DNA of 64,000 nucleotides, from positions 801,340-865,339 of the forward strand of contig MU004243.1 in NCBI GenBank assembly GCA_010405405.1. The letters run 5' to 3'. A model generated the notes under the pieces. The model saw only the letters and a program-made list of their open reading frames with translations, was not told the origin of the DNA and made no database searches. The position numbers and the translations under genes were made by a program. Within the stretch, counting starts at the first letter, position 1; every line of letters starts with the position of its first letter. This document shows, piece after piece, positions 10,688-24,382 of this stretch. This DNA is from Microthyrium microscopicum (taxonomy: Eukaryota).

Positions 10688-13600
10688 GGCGACGCCTTGT
10701 TGGCCCTTGGGCCCAGAAGCTCACGAGGTTGGTCAAATCGGTAGCCGAGGGTGGTTGCAGGAGCGGAAGATAGTGCTGTATGGAGGCGAGAAGAGACAGA
10801 AAGCGCAAGAACAGACTCAAGGCGATGCGAGGCTGGGTGCAAGAAGAGATGTGAGGTGAAGAGAGGAGTAGGTGGTGATGGAGTTGGAGATGGAAAGCTG
10901 CGAATGAGTTTTGGAGGGCCGCCTTTTTTGTTTTGGTCCGTGCGCGTTTCTCGAGATGGACTGATATCGACTCGGTATCCGCTAAGGTCTGTTGAGCCGC
11001 TGTTTGATGGTTTTACCCTTTGGCTGCACTTTGTGGATGGGTAGAAGGGTGCTGATGAGTAGTCCTTTGTCTCAACTGGTCTTGTTTCACTTCTTTGGAA
11101 GTGTCCTATCTTCAGACGTTCCCCCGGAGCAGTCACGATGTACTTCCGGTACTACAGCAAGCACCAGCAAACCACCAGGCAGGCGCCAATCCACTGCAAC
11201 TACCTCCTCTACATGGACATGACCAGGAAAACCTCCTTTTGATGAATGATCAATCCAGTAACCAGTTCTTCACGCTCACTGTGCTGGCAAAGACACCCAG
11301 ATTGCTGGCACCAGTCGATTGTTCAAGCTCGCGCCGATGTCTTGACATGCATCATTAGCGTCTGGATGGCATTTGACAGCTTGCACGCCGTGGGGGCATC
11401 ATAATTCTCCGATACAAAACCCTATCTTCTCCCGGTCTTACACTGAACAATCTCTGAGCAGCGGGACTTTTGATTTTGAGCGTGCCCTGCTACCTTCGAC
11501 TCGAGATTTCCATCACAAATCCACCTATCCTACTGGGGTTGGCAAAGAATGACTCTTCTGGCTGCTCGCCTCAGTATTACACGCCGCGCTGCAGATGGAG
11601 CAGAGGTAATTTGATACCATTAGCTCTGGCAGACGGGCTCGATGTACCCCAGCCGCTGACACCACTCATCACTAACACCCTAGCTTTCATCTCTTATCGA
11701 TCCTCGAAGGCAATGAAGATCACAGTGACCAGTACGCACGACGTTGACATCGACGTCGGTGGACTCAAGAAGCGCGATAGCGTCCAACGACGGCGACGAC
11801 AGCATCACAGTCGAGAAGCATGCCACTCACTAAGAGCGGGATTTGTTACTTCTCAAAGCCGAAGAATTACTAGAATATGGACGAGACTCGAGAAGAAAGA
11901 GAAAATGCAAGCAAAGAGCCGGGACTTGTCACCAAGCGCAGGTGTTATGGAGAACCGGCGCTTCTGCTCAGTAGATACTTCAACAACTCGCAAATTGCAT
12001 CGAAAATACCAATTACTTGGCAAGAAGAGCAGCATCGGCTGCCCCATTGTCAAAGAAACTGAAGTCAAACTGGCTATTCCTCTGATTCAACGTCGGGCCG
12101 TTGCTATTATTCCTGCGCAGACCACGACACCAGCGCCCAGCTTTCACGATCCTCAGAATATGTCCAGCTGCTTTATCTTGATCAAAAGACAGGTCTTTAT
12201 ACTCCCAGAAGTTAGAACTAGTGTAAACCGCGGCGCATACGTTTGTCCATTTCAGCCTTGTCCTTCTACCCCTATTCGCCCTGCACTCGCGTGGCTGTCT
12301 ATTTGTCCGGATGCGCTTGCTCTTCTCTATACTTCATAGCCTCAGTGCGCTTTTACCAGCTTGCCCACACGTGTCAGTGAAACAAAAAACCGATAGCTTG
12401 TAGAGCAATGGCTCGGTAGCAAACTCAGTCCTTGTCTTGGCGTTTGCTCCCCCTTTTTCGTTGCGCCATACGTTTGCTTTCTCAGCAACATCAAGCAATT
12501 GTAACAAGCACGCGGGACCTAGTCAAGCATGGAGACTGTGACTGAAAGCTATGGACGCCAGTGACGCTGGATGAACGCATGGAGCGAAGACAGTGTTGGC
12601 GAGCTGGGCTTTCCAACAAATCAGGGGTAAACTAGATATGTTTCGCCGATTGCTCCCCGTGCTATTGCGTCTTGACTACCGTAACCATTGTGCCCGTATT
12701 ACCAACACTTAACCATTGTATACCATTATACGAATCGTAAGGAGCGCTTGCGGGATTCGACTCATGCGGCGGAGAAGTAAGGAAAGGGAGGGTAGAGCTC
12801 GATCGCTACGCGATTTTCCTGAGCTCAGTTAGCAATCTTTCTGCGCAACAGCAAACTAGGCACTTGCGGCGTATGATGAGCTTCAAAGCTTGCTTTCGTT
12901 CGCATCTAACACGCAATACAAAGCCAAAGCGCTGCGGCAAGCGCTTGTACCGTCGTCAACCGCGTCGGCCATTCCCCCTTGCATCACTGAAGCATTGTGT
13001 AAGATAAGGGATACTCTTGCAGTTTTCTATGTATCGAGGTGAATCTCTGATAGTAACAAGATGTAGCAACATGGTCTTGGCCAGAGCAATCTGTCTTCAT
13101 TATCTTGTAACGGTCAACCGATTCAAGCATACGCGGTTTCCTGCTCGTTCTAGCGTCTGCTTGAATTGTTAACCTTCTCTCTCTTTTCCGAAGCTCTTGG
13201 AGCTTCTTATAAATTGCAGCTCGCTATAGCTTGACTTCTAATAGCAGTAGTATTTTGAGATCGTGCTTTGAGCTTTAGAGTGGTAGTATGCGGGTCGCGG
13301 GTCGGTGGACGGGGCCGCGTCCAGTACTGTTTTTCTTCGCTCCTTTTGCTGCACTTCTGTCCGTCAGTGCGCTGGGGAGGCTAGTTTCAAGCTGTAACAG
13401 AGACTTGACAGTAATCCATGTGTCTTCCGAAGGCAGTCCTGCGCAGAAGGAGGTTCAACCAGACTCCGACGTTCATCCGGTCTGTGAAAAGACCAGGGCG
13501 GAGTGCCGCGCGTCGTGAACCTCGAAGTAACGTACGAAATGGGGGATTGAATCGCGCACTAGATTGTTTGCCCGTGACTTGGAGAGCCGCGCATGGTCGT

Positions 13601-16600
13601 ATGAACGTCGGCGGAGCTTCAATGAAGAGGTCGACGGAGTGCCCCTTCGCGCTTGCAGCGATGAAAGCCAGTCCTGATTCCTCAAATCTAAGAAGCAATT
13701 AGGGTGTTATCCGAGGTTCTGACTGGGCAATTCGCGGTGCTTTGTGACTTGATAGTGTTCTTCGATCATGCGCGCACCGCTTCATCTGTTTCTAGCTCAT
13801 TGGTTATCGTGCGGTGGGTTTGTCTCGCTTTGCGATATGCTCTTCGGGCACTGGAAGAAGAATTCTAGTTGTCGCGAGATGGGAATGATGATGGTCCAGA
13901 CGCTCCGATGAGGCCTGGGCGGGATTGTATTGCTGTTTTTTGTAGTTATTTGCTATCGGCGACGGCTTTCTGAAGGGCTCTGTCGCTTCTAAATCCAATG
14001 ATAAGATCAAAGTCTAGGTTGACCAGTCCGAGGGGTGGCTGGCGCGGAAAGAAAGGCTTGTTATGAGGCAAAAGTAGTGCCAGCTCAATGAGTTGACAAA
14101 ATACCTAAGCCGATGCACCAAGTAAGTCTACTGGCTGCCGTGGCCGCGCCTTGGAAGAACAAGGTCCGTATGTTTCTCAAGTCCAGTGGCAGCCATTGTC
14201 GGTGATGGGAGGGCGCGTTTCGTTGCATCCAGTGGCGGAGGATTCCAATTCTCAGCTTCGCCGTACGGCGCAACCTTCTTTTCAGCTGTTTTGCCTTATC
14301 CAGAGGCTCCGTCATCAAAAGGGGGAGAGTTTTGCCATTGTGCGATCGTAGTTTCGAGGTTTGTGGGTATGTTTAGCCTTCGCGCAATATCTTTCTAGGC
14401 GTCTTGGATTGTCGAAGACGGTTCTTTGTGATGCGCTGCTATGTCTGAATGGTCCGTCAACAAAGGAGAGGAGGCCCGGTGGTTATTCGGTTGGTGTCTG
14501 GATGGTCGGAGGTAGTTTTTGCTGCCGTGATGGACTCAACACCATGGTTTTGCCATCCAGGGCAGTCTGCAATGGGTCTCCGATGGGTTCTAAGATGCTT
14601 GAAGGCATTTCAAAAGGAACAGGGGCTTGATGATTGGTAGCTGAGACTTGTTTGAAAGATCGAGTTCGTGCTCTCAATCAATGTGAGCACTTTTTAAAAC
14701 TTCCGGGCCAGGTTGTTATGATATTTCGATGCTCACGGGCTTCTGTTGAGGCTGCATGAGGACAGGGGTGGTGATGGATGGGTCATAGTAGAATGGAAGT
14801 GGCGATTGATGAGGAAATTTTATGAGCTTGGGAAGGCACTTTACAACCACCACTAAGTTATATCTTCAAAACTGAACGTATGCTAGAACAAGAACCTCAC
14901 TTGATTGTCTCGAAGGCTTATTGGGCCAAAATGGTAGAGGCTCGGTCCTTCCCTGTGGACTGGTGTGGCGTTTTCGTAAGGTCGCTATGAGGCTGGGCAT
15001 GCTCACCACCGAACATATCCTCCACACCGGGTATTTGGACTATCTAAGAGAACTCTGGGAACGACTAAAGCTCCGGTATGACTGAATGACAGTTGTTCAG
15101 TGTTCGATGCACGGGCCTACTTCGAGGTGATATGGTCTCCATCAGTGGCGCCTCACTGATCTATCATCAAGAATACAATCATCACAAAGCAAATCCAATT
15201 AGATAATAACATAAGATATCCTGTCCCGAGACTCCTACCGTGATTCCATAGCTTCCAATGGCTCAAAGTGCGTGATACAGGTCCGGGAAGGACCAAATCC
15301 AAAGCTCTCCAAAGCCTCAATCTACTATATGTACACAATCAGTAGCAATTTTCTCTGCGCCTAAATTCGACACATCATTGCACACAAAGTAGTCGAACTA
15401 TAAGGCTTCTGTGTCCGGATCCGATGTCTCGTTACCTGCTATGGCCTTAAATTTTTGTTTTATTACGGCTTAACTTTTGCTCTGTTTGGCATCGCTCTGG
15501 TTCGATTCCGGGCGGCAAAGCTATCTTTTTGTGCTCTGAAAGCTCCAATAAAATCAGAGCAGATGGAGAGTAGGTTATCTTCTTAGCTCATGCTTTTTTA
15601 AATGTGAATTTATTGCTGTACTGGTGGTGGTGACTTCAGGGGGTTGAAGTTGAAGTTGAAAATGTCACGAAATGGTGGCCGACTCTTTGAACTCTACGAA
15701 CTCCTAGCGAAGGTGGTAGGTACTACCACCAATTCTGAGTAAAACTCTATTATTCGCAGCGTAATCAATGGCACAATGAATAGAGAACTGCACGTGTGGT
15801 AAATACAGTATTTGAAGATAGAGAGCGGTAAATAGTAGTCACGATAGTCGTGGAAGTACGCCAATTTTCTCGCTGACTTGGTGTGGGCATATCATTATGT
15901 TTTAACGGAATGACTTAACTTTGGCCCAATTCTGCAGAAAGCTATCATTTTCCATGGCAGAGTATACTGCACGCATCTTGTGGTAAGAAAAGCCATCTGG
16001 CAAAGAAGCACCCCAAGTTCATGGTTGACATGGTGCTGGACCAGTCGTTTCGCGATGTGTTGCGGACAACAGTCAAATTCCCCTGAACTAACTGATGGAT
16101 ATTGGCTGAAATCCATGAATATTGTTCTTTGCACTCGTCGCAGAGTTTCTATCGAGTAACTATGAAGTAACAGCTTGAAAAGTCTGATGAACTAGAACAC
16201 AAAGACCTTTTCACAGCGTACCGGAGTCGTCGGGATCCTCCGAAAACCAGCACAGTCAAAAAGATGTACTACAGTTTTTCAACACTAGAAAGTAAGTCTA
16301 AACTAAAACATTGACCACCATGGAACTAAATTTAACAAAAGAGAAATTTTTCACGATCCAGGAACAGGTGGTATTTACGCAATAGAAATCAAAGTCCGGT
16401 AGGCTTCTAGAAGCCGCATGTCCATATAATTGGTTGATCAGCTCAGGGAACCGACGGCCGCATAGGCTTTGACGATGGCGTGAGGTTAGTGCTATGATGG
16501 CGACAGAGTTTTCATGAACGGTGTGCTCTTGAATTCCGGGGTAAGTAGTGAAGAATCTGCAGGAGACATCGTGATGCCGCAGATGCCGACGGCGGATTTT

Positions 16601-17898
16601 GGGACTTGGCCTTGTTGTGATGAGCACCAGACATGAATCACAGGATACAAGCTTTATGGCGGAGTCCAGACAGTCGGTGCATGAGCTCAAGGAGAGTTTT
16701 CTCATCATTCCGCTTCGCTTGGAGCATACCTGTAGGTAGTGTATGCTTTGGATTGTTTACGCAGCTAATGAACGACTAATCTGCCTTTGGGGTCCTTTTA
16801 CTTCGGACAATTGGTTACTAATGATGTCTGGTGATCTTGTTGGTCGTCGAAAGTGCGCATGGCAAGTACTTCCCTAATTGAGTTACGGCCCGCGGAAAAC
16901 GCGATATCGTGGCGTAAAAGCTCCCCCTGGATGTTTTGGAAAATCGCGGGGAAAGAGCATGCACTTTCATCGCCTCGCCATGTTGATCCCGAAGGAGGTT
17001 TCGTTCTCTTCTCTTTTTGATCGTCGACAAGATTTACATGCACATTCTATGCATTTCGGTCTTCACCTACACTCCAAAGATAATGTAAAGACACAATAGT
17101 CTATTGTAACCGAATCTGATAGGGCTGGAAGCCTACAACGTGTTTCCTTATCGCCCTAGCGTCTAGAATTCCGATTTCAGCTGAGTTTAACCGCCAACCG
17201 GCTTGCAATCTGGGAAATCGGATGTTTAATTGGCGACAATTCGATGTTATTGTACCTTGATTCTCAGCCGCGATTTGAGGCGTAGCTGAAGTAATCCCAA
17301 TTAAGCCAGACGTGTGTGGTTATCTTATACACCGCTACGGATTGAGCCTGCAGACTCAGTTGCGAAGCGTACACGATGCATTTGTTGGCGTCAAACAAAT
17401 GGTCATTTACCGTTTGGATGGATAAAACAACCAATTCGAGAGACTGATGACAAGAGGCCAGTGCAGGATGCAGTTGATATGGCAGAGACTTCAGCCAGCC
17501 CATTCACTTACATAACAGGAACCAATAGCATGGCTGCTTGACACACCAAAACTGCTTCATTGGATTCCCAATGCTTCACCAGCCTTGTCAGTCGTTGCGC
17601 AATTGATGAAGTGGTTTAATCATAAGAATATCTCTTGTCCTGCTTTATATTATTTGAACTTATTCCAACCTACAAAATCCTCAAAATCTCACTTCATACA
17701 TACCATTACCTACTCTACACAACAACCCGAAACTTACCCCACAAAACCCATCGCCGAACGGTTGGCTAGTACGAAACAGATCAAGCTTTTTGGCAACACT
17801 TACCGGCTGCACTTGCCCAAATTGGACTTGGCTACCCATTTTCCTGCGCAGTGACGACTGACGTATCAGAATTTGCCTGTGGCTCAGTACTAGCAAAT

Positions 17899-19533
17899 AT
17901 GCCTGCGGCACGACTACTTCTCCCCAATGCCCTCCATAAGATCCAGCAAAAGGCCAGCGAATTGCGGGTCAACGCCGCCTCAATATCATCCAGTCTCTCT
18001 TCCTCTTTATCCCAAGCATCATCTAGCACATCATCACTCGGTTCATTTGCCTCAAGCGATCGGCCCGATCGCGAAACAATGGATATGCTCAAAAGACACA
18101 GCATCTCATTAAATTCTGGCAAGAGCCAACGCAAGGACTCATCCAGCTCGTCGTCGTTATTCACAATAGAACTGGTCACCGAGTCACCACCCTTGATCTC
18201 TTACAATGAGAGCTCTGAATCGACGGGGGCTATTTATAGCGGCGAAATCAAGATCCGAATTCTCTCCACCTCACCACAAATATTTGAAAAGATAGAAGTT
18301 CGCCTACTACGCACCAACACTATTCGCAAACCTGTATCTTCAAGTTGTCCAGATTGTTCTTCTATCTCCAAGACTTTGAAAACATGGCAGTTCGTACCAG
18401 AGGAATCTTTGTCCCTATCGCCTGGAGACCATAAGTTCCCTATAAGTTACCTTTTTCCGGGAGAATACCCGACGACTACACATTCACATCTTGCTCAAGT
18501 GGATTATGCCTTCAAAGGTATTGCGCAGATTAAGAACTCCGAGAAACTCACATTTGCGCAAACTGTTGAGCTCAAGAGAGCCATCCGTCCCGGACTGGAG
18601 CGCCAATCCATAAGAGTATTCCCTCCAACCAACATGGCTGCCAATGTCAAACTCACCCCAGTATGTTTCACTAATAGCGAAATACCTGTCACACTCAAAC
18701 TTTCCGGCATAACGACTATCGGCGAAAAGCAAATCACAAGGTGGAGATTACGCCGCCTTCTATGGCGAGTTGAAGAGTACCAACGTATCTGGTCGCCCGC
18801 ATGCGCTAAACATCAATCAAAACTCGCAGCAGGCCAACAGGGCATCAAGCATGAAGAAATCAAAACTATTGGTGATGGCGAGGTCAGCTTCAGCAAAAAC
18901 CCCTGGAAAACCGATTTATCTACTGGAGAGATCAATTCCGAGTTTGTCGCAATTCTCAACCCGAAACACAAGGTTCAAGTTGGTTCTGCCGTTCCTGACA
19001 TCAATCTCATGATTTGGCACCATCTTGTCGTCGAGATGATCGTGGTCGAAGAATGGGCTACCAAAAAGACACCTACCCGCTCAACTCCAACTGGCGCCGC
19101 CAGAATCCTTCGATCTCAGTTCCCACTCAAGATCACCAACCGGGCTGGACAGGGTGTCGCTTGGGACGAGGAAATCCCTCCAATGTATCAAGATGTTCCT
19201 TCCAGTCCACCGATCTACCAACCTGGCGAAATCGCCCCTATGACTCCTGGTCTTGCCCATATTTTGGAGATTGACATTGCTCATGCTGGCGAGGCTATTG
19301 AAGATTTTCATCTTGGCGAACCACATGCCATGGCTCGACAGACTGCTGTTGCTAGTTCATCGAGGGTGACCAGACGGGGTTCCAGTGCTTCGAGAGAACG
19401 GCCACAACGCGCACCACTTCGGCTTTCGGTAGATGACTTTATGCAAGAACCTCCCGAATATCGAAGAAATGATGAAGATGAAGAGCCAGAAGTAGATCTT
19501 CAAGTGGTTGATGGAAGTGCTCCAGCACGATAA
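17899..19533 (+). CDS. LDB19: Alpha-arrestin-related trafficking adaptor, LDB19/ART1-like
   Basis: Intronless ORF with an arrestin-like fold region (HKFPISYLFPG, SIRVFPPTN, WRLRRLLWRVEE, PTGAARILR), a CPDC motif and C-terminal PPxY motifs (PPMY, PPIY, PPEY). First ATG at 17899. Confidence 0.8.
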   Translation: MPAARLLLPNALHKIQQKASELRVNAASISSSLSSSLSQASSSTSSLGSFASSDRPDRETMDMLKRHSISLNSGKSQRKDSSSSSSLFTIELVTESPPLISYNESSESTGAIYSGEIKIRILSTSPQIFEKIEVRLLRTNTIRKPVSSSCPDCSSISKTLKTWQFVPEESLSLSPGDHKFPISYLFPGEYPTTTHSHLAQVDYAFKGIAQIKNSEKLTFAQTVELKRAIRPGLERQSIRVFPPTNMAANVKLTPVCFTNSEIPVTLKLSGITTIGEKQITRWRLRRLLWRVEEYQRIWSPACAKHQSKLAAGQQGIKHEEIKTIGDGEVSFSKNPWKTDLSTGEINSEFVAILNPKHKVQVGSAVPDINLMIWHHLVVEMIVVEEWATKKTPTRSTPTGAARILRSQFPLKITNRAGQGVAWDEEIPPMYQDVPSSPPIYQPGEIAPMTPGLAHILEIDIAHAGEAIEDFHLGEPHAMARQTAVASSSRVTRRGSSASRERPQRAPLRLSVDDFMQEPPEYRRNDEDEEPEVDLQVVDGSAPAR

Positions 19534-20391
19534 TGCACAACTTTTCTTTTCTGTATAGCATTGCATTGGGCGGCAAAGTTATTTCTTCGACTTATTTTTG
19601 AACAATCACGATACCCTCGGTTAGCATTTATCAAGATACGGGGACTGGTTGTGGCGTTGAGCGGGTTCTAAAGGAACAGCATGGCGTTGGTCTGAGAAAA
19701 AAAGCTGGAAGCAAACATCGTTGAGCTTGCTGCTGAATGCATATCCTAGTTATCATCAAATGAATCTAATTTTTTCCATCCCTAACAACTTTTGTCAACT
19801 GACCTATCTACATTCCTAATCTCCTATCTTGATACGTCCAGCCAACTTCTCCACACTTGCTTCTACGTCACTGAGCACTTGACATGCTATCATTTATAGC
19901 GATAGCTCGATTTCCCGGTATTGCAGTATAAGGTCTATAAAAGCTCTCTGAAACAAGTATATGATCGGCGTACTCCTTCAACAACCCCGGTCCTTCCGTC
20001 CAATAAGATCAGCCTCCTAAACCTATAGTGTCAATCTAAACAGACCTCCACCGATCTCAATATCAAGGCACCTCCAACCCTCGAAAGTATTCCTGCTTAG
20101 AGCTCACACATTTTTCCAAACTTTTGGTTGATGCCCTGCTGTAGTCCATAGATGCCCTGTATTAAGTCTCAAATTATACGTCATTGTCCTTTCATGTCCC
20201 GCTTCTATAGTTGCTGTTATAATTTCTTGATAAGATTGATATTAACGGGAGATCGACTTTGATCTGCTTTAGTTCGGTCTGTTAAATTGCCTTTTGAAAT
20301 GATGTAACGGCGCTTAAACTATGTTGCTATATACAGACATCGTGCAGTTCTAGTAATTTGTTGGACTCAACGTTCGTTCAACTCTGCTAAT

Positions 20392-22079
20392 ATGCATATC
20401 TCAGCAACAACGACTCTTGCCCTTGCTGGCGCTGCTACAGCGCAAAAATGCTCGCCTCTTGAACTCATCTACGGTATCACTTCCATCCCCATAACCACTT
20501 CATCTTACTGACCTCCCTTTCCAGCGCGCGCAACAACCGAAGCACCAAAAGATATAACCGCAACAGCCACTCCCGAACAATTCGATGTCGCAGCAGCACA
20601 ATTCTGGTCCAAAGGCTACGGCGCCGCCGGCTACAGTCTCTTCACCAATATCACCGCTCTCATCCCCTCTGCCACCGGCTACCCAGTCCACTACCCAGCC
20701 AACTGGGACTCGGCGACATCCGCACCCACCGGCGTCAAAGATATGCTCGCGAGACTGGAGAGTCAGGCGAAAGCATGTCCGCAACAAAAGTTTGTGCTGG
20801 GTGGCCATTCGCAGGGAAGTGGTGTAACGGTTGCTGCAATCCCAAAGATCAGTCCCGAGTTGTTAGCACGCGTGGTCGCAGTGACTATGTTTGGGGGGCG
20901 TGAATGTCCTGAGGCTGTGACGGGGAGGTGTAGGAGTTTTTGTAATGCTGGCGATGTAAGCACAACCATCCCTCTCTCCGCCTTGGTCACAAAGCTGACT
21001 TTCATATCCAGATGTGTATGCCTGGCGCCAAACGACCCGCTCCCAACTCAAGCGGTGCCAGTCCACCACCGCCAAAAGATAGTTCCTCCGCTCCCCCAGC
21101 ACCAAACGGCGTGCCGAAAACATCACCCGTCGAAGGAGCTCAAATGGGCACTCCACCACCAAAAGGCACCCAACCACCACCCCAACCCGCCGCACCGTTG
21201 AAAACACCGCCAAAAGTCCCCGTCGCACCCGCCTCAGGAGCAGAAATACCACCACCATCACCACATACTAGCCCAAGACCCTTCCGGCGCCAAGTACATC
21301 CACCGCCGTTCCCAGCGAAGGAGGAAGCAAGAGCAAAAGGCACACTAGCACCCCTCTCCACACCACCATTCGTCCCCATCTCACCAGCCTCAGGCGCAGA
21401 AATCCCTCCCAAGAATCTACTCATGAAACGACAAACCGTACCAGCGCCAAAGCCAATGTCAGTATCACCAGTCGAAGGCGGCGAAATCAACAAAACACCA
21501 CCAAAAGGCACCCAACCACCCCCTCAACCTGCGCCGAAAGCACCCCTCCCAGCATCGCCAATGTCAGTCTCGCCAGTGGAGGGCGGTGAAGTTAATAAGA
21601 TTCCCCCACCAAAAGGCTCAACTGAACATGCAGTTCCAAGGGTGCCCATCGAGTCTGCGAAGGGTGCGGCGATTCCGGCGACGAAGAGTATACCGGCCGG
21701 CCCACCAAGTAGTCCACGCATGAAACGGCAGTCTATGCCGAAGAGCCCCGTTGAAGGTGGAGAGGTGAATCCAGTGCCAGCGAAGGGATCGCAGGCACCG
21801 CCTCAGCCTGCGCCGTCGCCGAAGATGCCTGTTTCGCCGGCGGAGGGGGCGGAGGTATCGCCGAAGAATGTGTCGAAGGGTGTGACGAAGGGTAAGGCTG
21901 CGATGATGAAGAGACTGACGACGGGGATGGATCGTTCAAGGGAGGTGGAGGAGCAGGGACATCAGCCTGTGAGTGTGGCGGGTGATAGTGCGCATACGAT
22001 ATATAATAAGGATGGGTATTATGTTTATGCGGCGGCGTGTTTTGTGCAGAGGATGTATGTTGCTGCTGGGGGGAAATAG
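20392..22079 (+). CDS. Secreted cutinase (CE5) with a large Pro-rich repeat insertion; join(20392..20473,20525..20955,21012..22079)
   Basis: Signal peptide MHISATTTLALAGAATA, then C..ELIYARATTE, VHYPA, ACPQQKFVLGGHSQG (nucleophile Ser), VVAVTMFG, RSFCNAGDMC (catalytic Asp) and C-terminal AHTIY...AAACFV (catalytic His). Both introns are canonical and keep frame. Confidence 0.9.
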
Positions 22080-23006
22080 GGGGTATTTGTATGATATGAC
22101 GTTTTTTTGAATGAAGCATTTAAATTACTCACGTTGATTCCTCAGGATTATTTGAGGATGTTGTAGAGTTTTTCATTTATGATTAGTAAAATCAGAAGTG
22201 TTGTAAACGATCAAAAAAAAAACGGGCTAGCAATGGTGGGACGTTGATGCCCCTGTTACCCCTTCTTCTATTTACAGTTAAAGAAATAGACTTGATCTTT
22301 AGTCCCTAAGGGTAAATTCCAATCCCCTATTCCAAGGCCAAGCTGTGTGGCTAAGCAAAATAATGTGGCAAGTGGCCTCGAACATCACAAGTCCCGACCA
22401 TCAACAGATCCCAACACTCCAGCAAGCCGGACACCAGAGAGATATACTATCTTTGCACGAACTTGACCCTCTATCCTTAGGAAAATGCAATCAAACGAAT
22501 CCATAAGTCTGTGAACTTTCGAGTGCTCTTTCCAACAAAAATCTTCTCACCTCAAAATCTCCACGGCGCGCGTAATCGACATCTCAGCCTTGCCCTCAGC
22601 CTTATGGCAACTTTCCAGCCTTGCGCGTAACAGTTTCTCGATCTCTCGAATTTCATTTCGGACTCCTGAAACCGGCACGACAAAGAATGGTTATATAGCA
22701 GCGTATACTCGTTTGATCGAAGTTATGGATGGATGTTGAGCCGAGCAATGGAGGTGTTGGATGGGATTGATTCATTGAAAAGCAGGTCAGGTTGAGTGGA
22801 GAGTGGCTAACATGTTATGACGGTTTCGATCATTAAAGAGCTAAGTTTGGCAAGGTTAGAGACCATTTTACTTAATACTCCACTCCTCCCTGGCGCCAAT
22901 ATGGGCTCGGCCGATTGTATTTTCTATGACCTTTGAAGTCATTCGCTCACTTCAATCCAAATTGTCATGATCTGCTCAACAGCAACTTGATCACTGTACA
23001 CGTATT

Positions 23007-23605
23007 TCAACCGCTCTTCAAATCATTGATGGTCTTGTGGATTTCGGGCATGAGCGCCACCATTCTTCTAGCCGACTCCTCAGGATAGTAATCCATCGAC
23101 TCCGGAAATGTCTGCCAAGTTTTGACGTCTTCGGGGATAACAACAAATGGCAGCTTTGACCTAACGAAAAGGTGGGAGATTGGGCGGATCCAGCTTGGTA
23201 TTTCATCCAAAGTTCCAACTTTTACGAAAGAGCCAGCAGGTCCCATAATTGGATTTTGGTGATAGATGCAAATATAGCATGTTGCACATCGTGCCCTGTT
23301 TTAGTCTCAGTAACAACTCTTTGAAGCTAAGCTTGAGATATATAGATGAAATACATCGGTAGTCCTTCCCCTGTCTCACTTGGTTTCATCACAACTATCA
23401 GATTTTCCTTTGGCGTGGTGAATGTGATGTTGGCAGTCTCGATACCATAATTTAGTTGATAGGCCGAGCCGCTCTCTTTTTGGCAATGCCTACAATGACA
23501 TGCATGAACTGCAAATGGTTCAACTTCAAGTCGATATCGTACTTTTCCGCAGGCACATCCTCCTTCGAGGGGAGTGAAAGGGCTTGGCGGTGTAGAGGAG
23601 GTCAT
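23007..23605 (-). CDS. GFA (glutathione-dependent formaldehyde-activating enzyme)/Mss4-like zinc protein, one intron
   Basis: EGGCACGKVRY, ACHCRHCQKESGSAY, (intron) ARCATC, VKVGTLD and HLFVRSKLPFV motifs. Confidence 0.9.
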
Positions 23606-23889
23606 GGAGCGTAAATATCTGTAATAATCATATGAGGATAGCAGAACCTGTAAAGAGGCCAAGTATAAGAAGAATTGTTTCTTTCTCAATGCTAAAGCTG
23701 GAAATTTGCAGCATAAGCTTACGTGATCCGTTGCTTCGTAGTGCTTACATTGGGTTTCAGATTGCGGTCGGTTCAGATACCGTGCACGTTGGTATGATTG
23801 CAAAATGCTCGACAAACTCAGCCATTCTTGATATATTAGTCAGGCCGTACCTGGCAAGATAGGTTGGCGTCTTCGAGCAGGGTCCGGTG

Positions 23890-23953
23890 CAGTCAACGGC
23901 ATGGCAAAATAAATGGCGTTATACCATCAACTCTGATGGCTGCCACCACCGCT
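23890..23953 (+). repeat. Dispersed ~65-bp element with CCATCA-N4-TGATGG hairpin, copy 1
   Basis: cagtcaacggcatggcaaaataaatggcgttataccatcaactctgatggctgccaccaccg, closely similar to 46202-46262. Confidence 0.75.
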
Positions 23954-24382
23954 GTTAAGCAAATGGTGCTATATTTCCCATTGTATTCGATAAATCATTC
24001 GAACCCGAACATCCTTCATGGCAAATAAAGCACTCAATAAACGAGCGTAGCGTCTAAGAGCCAACGAGGTTAATGGGAGCGCGCCGTTTATTTTGCCGAT
24101 TCGTTGTGCAGTCTACCTGTATAATCTTGGAACGATCCATCACTAAGGTTTTGAACATAGCGACCTCTCTTGAAACTACAATAATGATGGTTTTTTATAA
24201 GATATTGTGTTATTGTGAATTGAATCTTGATGACTCAATCCTTTTGACGACCTGCAATCAAACAGAAATACCTGTTAGCTGGAAAACCCCCATACATGAT
24301 CTACTGAATGATTTATCTCTTGAAGATTCTAAATTTTGGAGCTGCGTCTCAGATCTAAAAGTTGTCCATGAGTTTTCTCCCT

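Noticed and set aside
11470..12339. 289-aa ORF
   Set aside because: Non-ATG start, no recognisable motifs and random-looking composition. Probably a chance ORF in the long VAC8-LDB19 intergenic region.
15496..15512. tRNA-like T-arm / B-box GGTTCGATTCC
   Set aside because: No D-arm, anticodon arm or acceptor stem could be built. At most an isolated TFIIIC-type site; tRNAscan-SE would settle it.
21140..22119. Antisense and alternate-frame ORFs over the cutinase, also seen over VAC8, CAC2 and the paralogs
   Set aside because: Shadow ORFs caused by the codon bias of the real genes.
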